From Coriobacteriaceae bacterium (GTDB lineage: Bacteria; Actinomycetota; Coriobacteriia; Coriobacteriales; Coriobacteriaceae): DNA of 64,000 bases. Below the pieces are notes generated by a model. That model worked only from the letters and a program-made list of their open reading frames with translations, searched no databases and had not been told where the DNA came from. Positions within the stretch are counted from its first letter, which is position 1. The number at the start of each line of letters is the position of its first letter. The stretch lies in NCBI GenBank assembly GCA_025992755.1, contig DAJPGF010000001.1:442308-506307 (forward strand). Reading direction: 5' to 3'. The position numbers and the translations under genes were made by a program. This document shows, one piece after another, positions 8,455-18,016 of this stretch.

Positions 8455-10815
8455 GTGAGGCTCGATACACTCGAGATTGGAAAGGACGCCGTTGTCGCAT
8501 CGGTGGCATCGGACGATCAGGCACTCCGACAGCATATTTTGGACATGGGCCTAACGCCGGGTACCGAAGTCACCATGATGAAGTACGCCCCCATGGGCGA
8601 CCCGCTCGAGATTCGCCTGCGTGGCTACGAGTTGACACTGCGTAAGGACGATGCCGCTCGCATCGAGCTCGTGGGCATTCACGATACCGATATGGGTCCG
8701 CGCGCTAACGCCGCAATCGGCACGACGGAGCATCCGGCCTTGGGCGAGGGGACGTATTCGCCCCGCGCCGCGAAGACGGCCGTGCCCGAGGGCGCACCGC
8801 TGCATTTTGCCCTCGCCGGCAACCAAAACTGCGGCAAGACCACGCTGTTCAACCAGCTGACGGGCTCCAACCAGCATGTCGGTAACTTTCCCGGTGTGAC
8901 GGTCGACCGCAAAGATGGCACCATCCGCAACCACCCCGAGGCAAGCGTTACCGATCTGCCCGGTATTTACTCCCTGTCGCCGTACACGGGCGAAGAGATT
9001 GTGAGCCGCCAGTTTATCCTGGACGAGCATCCCGATGCCATCATCGACATCATCGATGCCACCAACATCGAGCGCAACCTGTACCTGACGCTGCAGCTCA
9101 TGGAGCTCGACCGCCCCATGGTCATCGCGCTCAACATGATGGACGAGGTGACGGCCAACGGCGGCGCCGTGGATGTCAACCTACTCGAGAGCCTGTTGGG
9201 CGTGCCCGTTGTCCCCATTAGCGCTGCCCGCAACGAGGGTATCGGCGAGCTGGTGGATCATGCCTTGCACGTTGCGCGGTTCCGCGAGCGCCCCGGTCGC
9301 CTGGACTTCTGTGCGCCCGATGGCTCGGACGGCGGTGCACTGCATCGCTGCATCCACGGCATTGCCAACCTGATCGAGGACCATGCCGTGACGGCACACA
9401 TCCCGGTGCGCTTTGCGGCGACCAAGCTGGTTGAGGGCGACGAGCTGGTGACCGAGGCGCTTCACCTGGATCGCAACGAGCTCGACGCTATCGAGCACAT
9501 CATTACCCAGATGGAGGGCGAGGCCGGCACCGACCGCCTGTCCGCGCTGGCCGATATGCGCTTTAGCTTTATCGGCGACGTGTGTGGGCGCTGCGTCGTC
9601 AAGCCGCACGAGAGCCGCGAACACGTGCGCTCCGTCAAGATCGACCGCATCCTGACGGGCCGCTACACGGCCATTCCGGCGTTTCTGGTGATCATGGGCC
9701 TCGTCTTTTGGCTGACGTTTGGCGTGATCGGCGCGGCGTTGCAGGGACTTATGGAGGACGGTATCGCTGCCATCATCGCCTCGGCCGATGCGGGCCTCAA
9801 GGCATTCGGAACCAACGACGTGGTGCGCTCGCTGGCTGTCGACGGCGTGCTGACGGGTGTGGGCAGCGTGCTGACCTTCCTGCCGATTATCGTCGTGCTC
9901 TTTTTGTTCCTTTCCATTCTGGAAGACTCGGGCTACATGGCGCGCGTTGCCTTTGTCATGGATAAAGTGCTGCGCCACTTTGGCCTGTCAGGCCGCAGCT
10001 TCGTGCCCATGCTCGTCGGTTTTGGCTGCACCGTGCCGGCTATCATGTCGACCCGTACGCTCCCATCCGAGCACGACCGCAAGATGACGGTCATGCTCAC
10101 GCCGTTTATGAGCTGCTCGGCCAAGCTGCCGGTCTACGGTCTGCTGTGCGGGGCGTTTTTCCCACAGGCGACGGTTCCCGCCATGGTCTCGCTCTATCTG
10201 ATCGGTATCGTGGTCGGCTGCATCGCGGCTTTGGTGCTCAACCGCACGGCATTTAAGGGCGACCCGGTGCCGTTTATCATGGAGCTTCCCAATTACCGCC
10301 TGCCGAGCGTCAAGACGACGGTGATGCTGGCATGGGATAAGGCCAAGGACTTTATTACCAAGGCTTTTACCATTATCTTTGCCGCTACCGTGGTCATCTG
10401 GTTCCTTCAGACGTTCGACATTCGCTTTAATGTGGTCGCCGATCAGTCGCAGAGTCTACTTGCCGGTCTGGGTAGCATTATCGCGCCGGCGCTGGCGCCG
10501 CTTGGCTTTGGCGACTGGCGTGCATCCACGGCGCTCGTCACCGGACTTATCGCCAAGGAGAGCGTCATCTCGACCCTTACGGTGCTTTTGGGCGCAACGT
10601 CGCCCGCGGCACTGTCGACCATGTTTTCGCCGTTTACCGCTTACGTGTTCCTGGTCTTTACACTGCTGTACCCGCCTTGCGTGGCGGCAATCGGCGCCGT
10701 CAAGAGCGAGCTGGGCGCGCGCTATGCCGTTGCCGTGTTCGCGTTTCAAGTGACGGTCGCCTGGATCGTGGCGTTTGTCGTGCATTCAGCTGGTATATTG
10801 CTGGGGCTGGCTTAG
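8455..10815 (+). CDS. feoB: Ferrous iron transporter, FeoA-FeoB fusion
   Basis: N-terminal FeoA/SH3-like segment (LEIGKDAVVASVASDDQALRQHILDMGLTPGTEVTMMKYAPMGDPLEIRLRGYELTLR). Then the FeoB G-domain (ALAGNQNCGKTTLFNQLTG...VTDLPGIYSL) and a polytopic membrane domain. Start set at GTG 8455 after GGGGGAGGAAC. The track start 8221 lies inside the repeat array. Confidence 0.88.
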   Translation: MRLDTLEIGKDAVVASVASDDQALRQHILDMGLTPGTEVTMMKYAPMGDPLEIRLRGYELTLRKDDAARIELVGIHDTDMGPRANAAIGTTEHPALGEGTYSPRAAKTAVPEGAPLHFALAGNQNCGKTTLFNQLTGSNQHVGNFPGVTVDRKDGTIRNHPEASVTDLPGIYSLSPYTGEEIVSRQFILDEHPDAIIDIIDATNIERNLYLTLQLMELDRPMVIALNMMDEVTANGGAVDVNLLESLLGVPVVPISAARNEGIGELVDHALHVARFRERPGRLDFCAPDGSDGGALHRCIHGIANLIEDHAVTAHIPVRFAATKLVEGDELVTEALHLDRNELDAIEHIITQMEGEAGTDRLSALADMRFSFIGDVCGRCVVKPHESREHVRSVKIDRILTGRYTAIPAFLVIMGLVFWLTFGVIGAALQGLMEDGIAAIIASADAGLKAFGTNDVVRSLAVDGVLTGVGSVLTFLPIIVVLFLFLSILEDSGYMARVAFVMDKVLRHFGLSGRSFVPMLVGFGCTVPAIMSTRTLPSEHDRKMTVMLTPFMSCSAKLPVYGLLCGAFFPQATVPAMVSLYLIGIVVGCIAALVLNRTAFKGDPVPFIMELPNYRLPSVKTTVMLAWDKAKDFITKAFTIIFAATVVIWFLQTFDIRFNVVADQSQSLLAGLGSIIAPALAPLGFGDWRASTALVTGLIAKESVISTLTVLLGATSPAALSTMFSPFTAYVFLVFTLLYPPCVAAIGAVKSELGARYAVAVFAFQVTVAWIVAFVVHSAGILLGLA

Positions 10816-11128
10816 GGGCGCGTTGATGCTCCGCGCTTTTGGGCGAGCAACAATTCAATAAATATGAGCCAAAATACCGGCAGTTGTCGGCCTGGGGGAC
10901 TGTCCTACGCTGCAGATTGCCGTTCGCTGCCTATTTGCTGCCGTTTACGGATTCGTAAATACTTGCAATCGTCGGTCGATTTAACCGCATTACGCGATGC
11001 CGATGCGCATTTTGTGTGCCCCTTTCTACAATCACTTTGTGTCTATTGCCGAACATGTCTTCCGTTTCGCCTGTGTGGGGACGTGGGCTGCAATAGTCGT
11101 TTATAGAGGCTCATTGAGGAGGGAATTG

Positions 11129-12793
11129 ATGAAAGAAAAATTCCAATCGTTCGGAAAGGCAATGCTCGTTCCGATTACGCTCATTGCCATTTCCGGTCTC
11201 TTTTTGGGTATCGGCAGCGTTTTTACGACCGAACTGACCCTTGTGTCCCTTGGCGTTAATTGGGACTGGTATGCCGCTTCGCCGCTCTTTACGTTCTTCT
11301 CGGTATTTAAGGGTCTCGGCGAGGTAATCATTGGAAACCTCGGTGTTTTGTTTGCCGTCGGCTGTGCCTTCTCCTTGTCTCGCAAAGAGAAGGGCTGGGC
11401 TGCCTTTTCTGCCCTTGTCTGCTATCTCACCATGCTCAAGACGGTTGAGATTCTGCTTGGAGCAGCTGGCTTGGCTGCCGACAATACAACGGTGGAAGCT
11501 CTTCAGAAGGTCGGCCTTACGTCCATTCAGGCGAGTGAGCAGTCCGCACTCTACACTACCTCGCTCGGCTTTTTTGGCTACAGCTCTGGTGTCTTTGGCG
11601 GCATTATCGTGGGCTGCCTGGTCGCCTGGATCACCGGCCGTTTTTACAAGACCAAGCTTCCAACGGCGCTGGCGTTTTTTGCGGGCAGTCGAACGGTCCC
11701 CATTGTATCGCTGGTCGCCGGTGGCGTCCTGGGCGGCATCATGTACTTCGTCTGGCCCGTCATCGGTGGATGCTTCTCGGGTATTGCGACGTTCGTGAAA
11801 GGCTCCGGTCTGGTCGGTACGTTTGTCTATCGCTGGGTGCTCGAGAGCCTTGTGCCGTTTGGCTTGCATCCGCTGCTCGAGACGCCCATGTATTGGACTG
11901 AGCTTGGCGGCTCCATGGTCGTCGATGGAACGCGCGTGGTGGGCAATAGCGCCATTCAGCTTGCACAGCTCGCTTCTCCCAGCAGCGACAAGCTCTTGGT
12001 TAGGGCCTTCATGGCCGGCTATGGCATTAACGATTACGCGTTGTTCCCGGGCATCGCCCTTGCTATGTGGTCTTGTGCCAAGCCCCAGAACCGCAAGAAG
12101 GTTGCTGGTCTTTTAATCCCCACAGTGATTTCGACTGTTTTCTTTGGCGTCACGGAGCCTATTCTCTTTACGTTCCTGTTTGCCGCCCCCTGGCTCTACT
12201 TTGGCGTTTACGCTCCGCTTTCCGGACTGGGTGAAGTTCTCTCGGAGGCAATGGGCGTTTCGGTGTACCAGGGAAATATCAAGGACCTTATCCCATTCTT
12301 ATTCCGCCCCGAGAAGCTTAATCTGCTTCCGTACCTTATTCTGCTCCCCGCCTTTTTCCTGGCAGCTTTCTTCCTCTTCCGGTTCTTTATTACTAAGTTC
12401 GATATCAAGACGCCCGGTCGAGACGATGGTGACGATATTGAGTTGATCAACAGCAGAGCCGAGTTCGAGGCAAAGGCCGCTGAGGCAAAGGGCGAGTCTG
12501 GTAGCACTCCCGAGAAGGCGGTCCAGGACCGTGCGACCAAGGACAGCGCGCTTGCTGTCGGCATTGTCGAAGCGCTTGGTGGAGCCGACAACATTGATGA
12601 TCTTGACAACTGCATCTCACGTCTTCGCGTGATTGTCAAGGATGGTTCTAAGGTTGCAGACGACGAGGTGTTCACCAAGAATCTTGAAGCTATGGGCGTT
12701 ATCCGCCTGAGCGACAAGGCAATCCAGGTCATTTACGGTCCTCGTGTCGGCGAAGTCGCTTCTGAGGTGCACGAAGTTCTCGGTGACGAGTAA
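11129..12793 (+). CDS. PTS EIICB component, maltose/alpha-glucoside (GlvC/MalP-like)
   Basis: Polytopic EIIC body, then a C-terminal EIIB-Glc domain with the phospho-cysteine context DNCISRLRVIVKD. Start ATG 11129 after GAGGAGGGAATTG. Neighbours are an RpiR regulator and a GH4 enzyme, as in the B. subtilis glvA-glvR-glvC arrangement. Confidence 0.85.
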   Translation: MKEKFQSFGKAMLVPITLIAISGLFLGIGSVFTTELTLVSLGVNWDWYAASPLFTFFSVFKGLGEVIIGNLGVLFAVGCAFSLSRKEKGWAAFSALVCYLTMLKTVEILLGAAGLAADNTTVEALQKVGLTSIQASEQSALYTTSLGFFGYSSGVFGGIIVGCLVAWITGRFYKTKLPTALAFFAGSRTVPIVSLVAGGVLGGIMYFVWPVIGGCFSGIATFVKGSGLVGTFVYRWVLESLVPFGLHPLLETPMYWTELGGSMVVDGTRVVGNSAIQLAQLASPSSDKLLVRAFMAGYGINDYALFPGIALAMWSCAKPQNRKKVAGLLIPTVISTVFFGVTEPILFTFLFAAPWLYFGVYAPLSGLGEVLSEAMGVSVYQGNIKDLIPFLFRPEKLNLLPYLILLPAFFLAAFFLFRFFITKFDIKTPGRDDGDDIELINSRAEFEAKAAEAKGESGSTPEKAVQDRATKDSALAVGIVEALGGADNIDDLDNCISRLRVIVKDGSKVADDEVFTKNLEAMGVIRLSDKAIQVIYGPRVGEVASEVHEVLGDE

Positions 12794-12855
12794 AACGCGC
12801 AAGTGGCTTTCAATTGCATAGCGCAATTCCAGGGCTTGGCTTCCTATCGCATGAT

Positions 12856-13608
12856 TTAGGGGGCCAAGCCTTCTTGTTTTAGATTGTCAAGGCAGATACT
12901 CAATAGTTCTTCGAATGCGAGAATACAACTTCCGGTAAAGCAGTTAGGCTTAACGTTCTTAAGATCCATTGGGTGATCGTCATGTATCGTAAAGATCGCG
13001 TCTGCCGTCTTGGCGAGTTCACTGTCTTCGTTGCCGGTAAACGCGAGGGTCGTAATGCCCGCGTCGTGGCATGCCCTTGCGGTTTCTAGGATGGCTTCTG
13101 TCTGGCCCGATTTGGATATGAGCATCATGCAGCTGAGCGTATTTCGGTTGGATTCGACAAACTGATCGGTTTCTAGGAAGTCCTGTATGACGGCCAAAAA
13201 GCCAAGTCCAACGAGCTTGGTCGCCATGTACTGCGCAACGATGCGTGAGAAGCCCTCTCCGTTTACTCCGATCATTCTGTTGCGATGCAGTGCGGCGATG
13301 AATACGTCTACATCTCCGGTGTGGCATACGAAGTGGACGCTACTGTCTTTGAGTGATTGATTCATTTCGCGGGAGACATGCTGAAGGTGCTTGAGATCGT
13401 ACATCATTTCGCGGTAGCCACGGTAGCCGAGCTTTTTAGAAAGCCTGATGACTGTCGTCATGCTGGTAAAGCATGCCATGGCGACGGGTTTTATGCCAAT
13501 ATCATCGAGGGTGTCGATATTGTTGAGCAGGTATTCGAGTACGCTTTGCTCGGTTTCGGATAGCTTTGCGGCTGAGTAGAGCTTGGAAATCTGCTTTTTA
13601 TCAACCAT
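12856..13608 (-). CDS. MurR/RpiR-family transcriptional regulator (HTH + SIS domain)
   Basis: HTH_6-like N-terminus (SETEQSVLEYLLNN...MTTVIRLSKKLGYRGYREM) and a SIS domain (MMLISKSGQTEAILE...AGITTLAFTGN). Start at ATG 13608 (MVDKKQ) after GGAAGGGG, rather than the track start 13749. Confidence 0.85.
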   Translation of the reverse strand: MVDKKQISKLYSAAKLSETEQSVLEYLLNNIDTLDDIGIKPVAMACFTSMTTVIRLSKKLGYRGYREMMYDLKHLQHVSREMNQSLKDSSVHFVCHTGDVDVFIAALHRNRMIGVNGEGFSRIVAQYMATKLVGLGFLAVIQDFLETDQFVESNRNTLSCMMLISKSGQTEAILETARACHDAGITTLAFTGNEDSELAKTADAIFTIHDDHPMDLKNVKPNCFTGSCILAFEELLSICLDNLKQEGLAP

Positions 13609-13718
13609 CGGTGCCCCTTCCCGCCGGACGTGTGTGGCCGCTTCCGTTGCGTAAATAATAACTCCTTGGGGAATTCCTTTCCCGCCTTGCAGCCGGGGCG
13701 GGAAGCGGCCCTCCATGC

Positions 13719-13733
13719 TGGATACAATATCCA
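13719..13733. promoter_or_regulatory. Palindrome TGGATA-CAA-TATCCA in the RpiR/GH4 divergent region (candidate operator)
   Basis: Perfect 6+3+6 inverted repeat between the divergent regulator and GH4 genes. No family consensus was checked. Confidence 0.3.
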
Positions 13734-13781
13734 AACACAGGCGAACCATGCAATATTGAATGTGCTATTGGGGGTTTCGAT

Positions 13782-15155
13782 ATGAAACTTACGGTCATAG
13801 GTGGCGGTGGCGTCCGCTCCATGTTTTTGGCAAAGAGCATAGCCCAGCAGGCGTCATCGCTTGGGATCGACGAACTTGTGTTTATGGACAATGATCCCGA
13901 GAAGCTGCGCATCTACGGTGGCCTTGCCGCCCATGTCTCGGGCATGCTTTGCCCCACGCTTAATTTTTCACTGACGGGCGATGCAGTCGAGGCCGTTAAG
14001 GACGCCGATTACGTGATCACGACGATTCGCGTCGGTGGGGACCATATGCGCGTTCGCGATGAGCGCATTGCTCTTTCACATGGGGTTCTTGGCCAAGAGA
14101 CGACTGGCGCAGCCGGCGTGTCTTTTGCCATGCGCTCTGTCCCTGCGCTTGCTTCGTATTGCGAGTTAATCAAGAAGTACGCAAAGCCGGGCGTCAAGGT
14201 GTTTAACTTTACTAATCCCGCTGGCGTCGTATCTCAGGCCCTACGCGATATGGGCTATGATTTTACTTATGGCATTTGCGATGCCCCCTCGGGCATGTTG
14301 CATCAGTTTGCCGAGTATAAAGGCGTTGATCCCGCATCGGTTCAGGGCGAGTGCTATGGACTCAACCACCTCTCGTTCTTCCGCAATGTGACGGTTGACG
14401 GCGAGGACATCATGCCCGACTTGATCAACGACGACGGGGCATATGCTCATACAGATCTTAGGTTCTTCGAGAAGGATCTCGTTCTAAATCGCGGATGCGT
14501 GCCAAATGAGTACCTATACTATTTCTACTATCGCGAGCGCGCCGTTGCCAACGTTCTCTCTTCGCCCCAGACGCGCGGCGAACTCATCGAAGAAATTAAT
14601 CGAGAAATGACGAGCGAGCTTGCATCTATCGATATTGAGAACGACTTCGAAAAAGGCCTCGCGTGCTTTGAGAAGTGGTACGGAATGCGCGAAAACAACT
14701 ACATGGCGGCCGAGACGGGTATTCATCGCGACAAGCCGTGGACGTTTGACGTGTACGGCAAAGATGCTGGCGGATACGCGGGTGTCGCGCTCCGTTTCAT
14801 GGATATTGCTCGCTCTGGCAAGACGCAGCAGATGATCCTGTGCACCCCCAACAATGGCGCTATTCCCGGCCTTCTCGATACAGATGTCATTGAGTCAACG
14901 TGCGATATCTCCACCGATGGCTGTGTACCGCATCGCGTCGAAGCCGATTCTGTGCCCGCGGGAAACCTCGAATTGATTCGTCGCGTCAAGTACTACGAGC
15001 GCACCGTGGCGCGTGGCATCGTTAACCGATCGAAGCGCGACATTGTCGAGAGCCTCGCGATGCACCCGCTCGTTAATTCGTACTCCTTGGCGAAAGATAT
15101 CGCCGCGCAGTACTTTGAGCTTAACCGCGACTACATCGACGGCTGGACAGACTAG
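13782..15155 (+). CDS. Glycoside hydrolase family 4 (6-phospho-alpha/beta-glucosidase)
   Basis: N-terminal Rossmann MKLTVIGGGGVRS, FNFTNPAGVVSQAL and GICDAPSG motifs typical of NAD/Mn-dependent GH4 enzymes. Sits in a PTS/RpiR context. Confidence 0.85.
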   Translation: MKLTVIGGGGVRSMFLAKSIAQQASSLGIDELVFMDNDPEKLRIYGGLAAHVSGMLCPTLNFSLTGDAVEAVKDADYVITTIRVGGDHMRVRDERIALSHGVLGQETTGAAGVSFAMRSVPALASYCELIKKYAKPGVKVFNFTNPAGVVSQALRDMGYDFTYGICDAPSGMLHQFAEYKGVDPASVQGECYGLNHLSFFRNVTVDGEDIMPDLINDDGAYAHTDLRFFEKDLVLNRGCVPNEYLYYFYYRERAVANVLSSPQTRGELIEEINREMTSELASIDIENDFEKGLACFEKWYGMRENNYMAAETGIHRDKPWTFDVYGKDAGGYAGVALRFMDIARSGKTQQMILCTPNNGAIPGLLDTDVIESTCDISTDGCVPHRVEADSVPAGNLELIRRVKYYERTVARGIVNRSKRDIVESLAMHPLVNSYSLAKDIAAQYFELNRDYIDGWTD

Positions 15156-15245
15156 TCTGGACGTTAAAACTAGAAATTATGGATGGGCGGACCGGCGTTT
15201 ATATTGGCGCCCGTTCGCCCTGCCTAGTAAGAAAACGGGTATAGA

Positions 15246-16073
15246 GTGAACTTGCGAGAGAACTTCAATGTCTTTCTGGAATCGGGCGATCGGGCGAAGG
15301 AATGCTGGAGTGGCTGCACGATGGCGTTATATATTCCCTTGTTTGTTATGAGCGCGCTTCAACTTGGTGTATCAAACGTTGCAACTGAGCTCGCCTATAT
15401 CAATCCGTCCATTACGCTTGTCTGCACTGTGGTCGCGGCCTTTTTAAACCTGCTTCTATCGAATGTGGCTTTTTCATTTTTTGCCGTCGACCGGTCCAAA
15501 GAGACGGTGCAACCGGCTCGAGCTCCTCAGGTTTATCTCTTGGCCTCGACGGTTCCCCTCCAGATTTCTGGGGCGCTGCTACTTTATTTGGTTCACTTGA
15601 TTTTATCGGTAATTGTAGTCTTTGCCTCGCTTGCGAGCAGTCATCTCGGGGTGTTGTGCTCGCTTGTGGTGGCAGTAATCGTGACGCTTCTTTCCGCGTC
15701 GTTCGTATTCGTGTTGATTGAAGATGCGGACGTGGAGCAGGGGGGACTACGAGGCATTCGGTTTGCACCAGGCTACGTCATGCGTTCGATCGCGGTGCTT
15801 CGTTCCTCCTGGAGAGAAATCGCGCGTCCCGCAACGCTGCTGGTGGCATGGAACCTGGTTGCAAGTTGCGCTATCCAGGTTCTTGTTGGATGGGTAGTTT
15901 CGAGTGCGGCGCTGCCGTCGGCACTTTCAGTGACGGCGCTTGTACATGAGGGACTTTATTATGGGGCGTTTGCCTATATGCTGCTTTTGCTAGTTCATTG
16001 TGCGGTTGCGAGTTGGCTCGAAATTGACGTGCTCATGGGGGTGTCCTTGTGCGTATCCGAGCAGGCGCGATAG
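15246..16073 (+). CDS. Hypothetical polytopic membrane protein
   Basis: 275-aa ORF (GTG start) with about 6 long hydrophobic segments. No recognisable motif. The coding call rests on ORF length and TM-like composition only. Confidence 0.5.
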   Translation: MNLRENFNVFLESGDRAKECWSGCTMALYIPLFVMSALQLGVSNVATELAYINPSITLVCTVVAAFLNLLLSNVAFSFFAVDRSKETVQPARAPQVYLLASTVPLQISGALLLYLVHLILSVIVVFASLASSHLGVLCSLVVAVIVTLLSASFVFVLIEDADVEQGGLRGIRFAPGYVMRSIAVLRSSWREIARPATLLVAWNLVASCAIQVLVGWVVSSAALPSALSVTALVHEGLYYGAFAYMLLLLVHCAVASWLEIDVLMGVSLCVSEQAR

Positions 16074-16247
16074 CCCGAAGATGAAGCCGCATTTTCGACA
16101 TTGAGTTCTTGCGTACCTTGCTTTCTAAGCAGAATTGGCGCGCCGTCTGTTAACGATCGTTTTCCAAGAATTCTGTTGTTGCGTATTTTATAGACTTCTC
16201 ATTGCTATAATCGCCCACCGCTCAAGACAATCGGAGAGGTTTCCTAC

Positions 16248-17444
16248 ATGGCTCAGGCAAGACAAGATGGTATCTCACTCAAACAGTGGCTCCCGCTTAT
16301 CGGGCTCGCCTGTTGCGCGTTCGTGTTCAACACATCGGAGTTCATGCCCATCGGCCTTTTGACTGATATTGCCGCATCGTTCTCGCTCACCGAGGCCCAA
16401 GCCGGCATCATGATTTCGGTCTACGCCTGGGGCGTCATGCTGCTGTCGCTGCCACTCATGGTGTTTGCCTCGCGCTTTGAGTTCAAGCGTATGCTGCTCG
16501 GCGTGCTCGCCGTGTTTTCTCTGGGTCAGTTCCTGTCCGCTGTGGCACCGACATATCCCATACTGGTTTGTGCACGCCTGGTGGTCGCCTGTGCGCATGC
16601 CGTGTTCTGGTCAGTCGCCTCGATCATGGCCTCGCGCCTGGTCGACACCCGCCACGGGGCGCTCGCCATCAGCATGATCGCCACGGGCTCGTCCATCGCG
16701 CAGATCTTTGGCCTGCCGATCGGCCGCGCTATCGGCCTGGCCGTGGGCTGGCGCATGACGTTTGCCGTGGTCGGGGCCTTCTCTGCCGCCGCAGTGGTGT
16801 ACCAGGCAGCGGTGTTCCCGGCCATGCCGGCGGGTGAGCGCTTTACCGTTAAGCAGCTGCCCGAGCTGCTCAAGAACCCGTTCCTCCTCGCGCTCTACGC
16901 GGTCACGGTCTTTATGGCGACCGGCTATTACGCAAGCTACAGCTATATCGAGCCCTTCCTGGCGCAGGTCGCTCACGTCGACGCGGGCGCCATCACCATG
17001 ACGCTGACGGCGTTTGGCTGCTCTGGTCTGCTCGGAAGCTGGCTGTTTGGCCGCCTGTTCGATGGGCATCGCTTCCCGTTCTTGGCTATTACGCTCTCCG
17101 GCGTGCCGGTGGCTCTGCTGCTCATGGGTCCGGCCGCATCGTCGCTCGCTGCGGTTCTCGCTGTTTGCGCGCTATGGGGCTGCTGCGCTACGGCCTTCAA
17201 TGTGGCGTTCCAGGCCGAGCTCATCAAGTACACGCCGGCGGACTCGTCGGCTGTCGCCATGTCGATCTTCTCGGGCCTTTTTAATCTCGGTATTGGCACG
17301 GGCACGGCGATTGGTGGCGCCGTGGTGTCGGGCCCGGGCATCGCTTGGATCGGCTACGCGGGCGGCACGATCGCCGTCGTGGGCGTCATCCTCGCCATCA
17401 CCGTGCTGTTCCCGGCCATACGCCGCGCAAAGCCCGTCGCCTAA
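16248..17444 (+). CDS. MFS transporter (sugar-efflux/DHA1-like)
   Basis: 398 aa, 12 TM-like segments, with the MFS loop motif GRAIGLAVGWRMTF. Its last about 20 codons and its terminator are duplicated at 24826-25006. Confidence 0.85.
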   Translation: MAQARQDGISLKQWLPLIGLACCAFVFNTSEFMPIGLLTDIAASFSLTEAQAGIMISVYAWGVMLLSLPLMVFASRFEFKRMLLGVLAVFSLGQFLSAVAPTYPILVCARLVVACAHAVFWSVASIMASRLVDTRHGALAISMIATGSSIAQIFGLPIGRAIGLAVGWRMTFAVVGAFSAAAVVYQAAVFPAMPAGERFTVKQLPELLKNPFLLALYAVTVFMATGYYASYSYIEPFLAQVAHVDAGAITMTLTAFGCSGLLGSWLFGRLFDGHRFPFLAITLSGVPVALLLMGPAASSLAAVLAVCALWGCCATAFNVAFQAELIKYTPADSSAVAMSIFSGLFNLGIGTGTAIGGAVVSGPGIAWIGYAGGTIAVVGVILAITVLFPAIRRAKPVA

Positions 17445-17562
17445 TCACGTCACTTCATCAGTTGCGGTGGAATAGTTCTTGTTTAAGGCCTCTGAAGGCC
17501 CAGGCAGGAACTATTCCACCGCAACTTATTTTGGGGGAGAGGATGCGCGGCGGGCATGCGTA
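17381..17562 (+). repeat. Left direct repeat (MFS 3' end + terminator hairpin + about 40 nt)
   Basis: Manual alignment with 24826-25006. From ccatacgcc to ttattttgggggag (about 125 nt) I count one 1-nt indel and about 6 mismatches. Similarity continues more weakly on both sides. Confidence 0.8.
17462..17524 (+). terminator. Hairpin + T-tract terminator of the MFS gene. Copy 2 of the repeated element.
   Basis: Arms ttgcggtggaatagttc / ggaactattccaccgcaa, followed by cttattttggggg. Confidence 0.6.
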
Positions 17563-17570
17563 TAATAAAA

Positions 17571-17616
17571 CTGAGGCCGACCCGACGTTGCATTGGGACG
17601 ACCTCAGTTTTGTTTT
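17571..17616. terminator. Bidirectional hairpin terminator at the 3' end of the island operon
   Basis: Stem ctgaggccg (17571-17579) / cgacctcag (17599-17607). It is flanked by aaaa on one side and ttttgtttt on the other, so it is followed by a T-run on either strand. Confidence 0.65.
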
Positions 17617-17635
17617 CCGGTTGCTTGTGGCTGGC

Positions 17636-18016
17636 CTACAGCTCATCTTGGGGGACGACGGCTGTAAGTTTTTCGTTTTCAAATACCGCAGCAAGTCCGT
17701 GTTCGGGGTCAAAGCGATAGTTGCACATGAGTGCCGCTTTGCGAGCATCATCGCTTCGAAGTACCACGATGCTGGTCGGAATAACGTATCTAAAGATATT
17801 CGTAACGGGGCTCTCAATCTGATCGCCGTCTCTTTCGAGGCAATAATCTTCGATTGCTTCCTTGCTGCCCTCAACGGTATCCCAGCTTGCAAGCAGGGCG
17901 TCCTTTGCTTCCTTTTGAATGTCGAGGACGTCTTGATCCGTGTCGCACTCGTAATAGACGGGGAGCGAGAAATCCCTACCCCACAGAATCATGTCGTTAG
18001 TCATCAAAGCCGCCAT
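17636..18016 (-). CDS. Small acidic protein in the immunity position (putative nuclease immunity protein)
   Basis: 126 aa (or 122 from the ATG at 18004). Its start overlaps the stop of the nuclease gene (caatggcggctttgATGActaa). No signal peptide or TM. Sequence ...NIFRYVIPTSIVVLRSDD...CNYRFDPEHGLAAVFENEKL. I cannot assign a family by eye. Confidence 0.6.
   Translation of the reverse strand: MAALMTNDMILWGRDFSLPVYYECDTDQDVLDIQKEAKDALLASWDTVEGSKEAIEDYCLERDGDQIESPVTNIFRYVIPTSIVVLRSDDARKAALMCNYRFDPEHGLAAVFENEKLTAVVPQDEL

Noticed and set aside
10864-11106. 80-aa ORF between feoB and the PTS gene
   Set aside because: It is Cys/Arg-rich, has no RBS, and lies in what looks like the promoter/leader of the PTS gene. 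No support exists beyond its being open.
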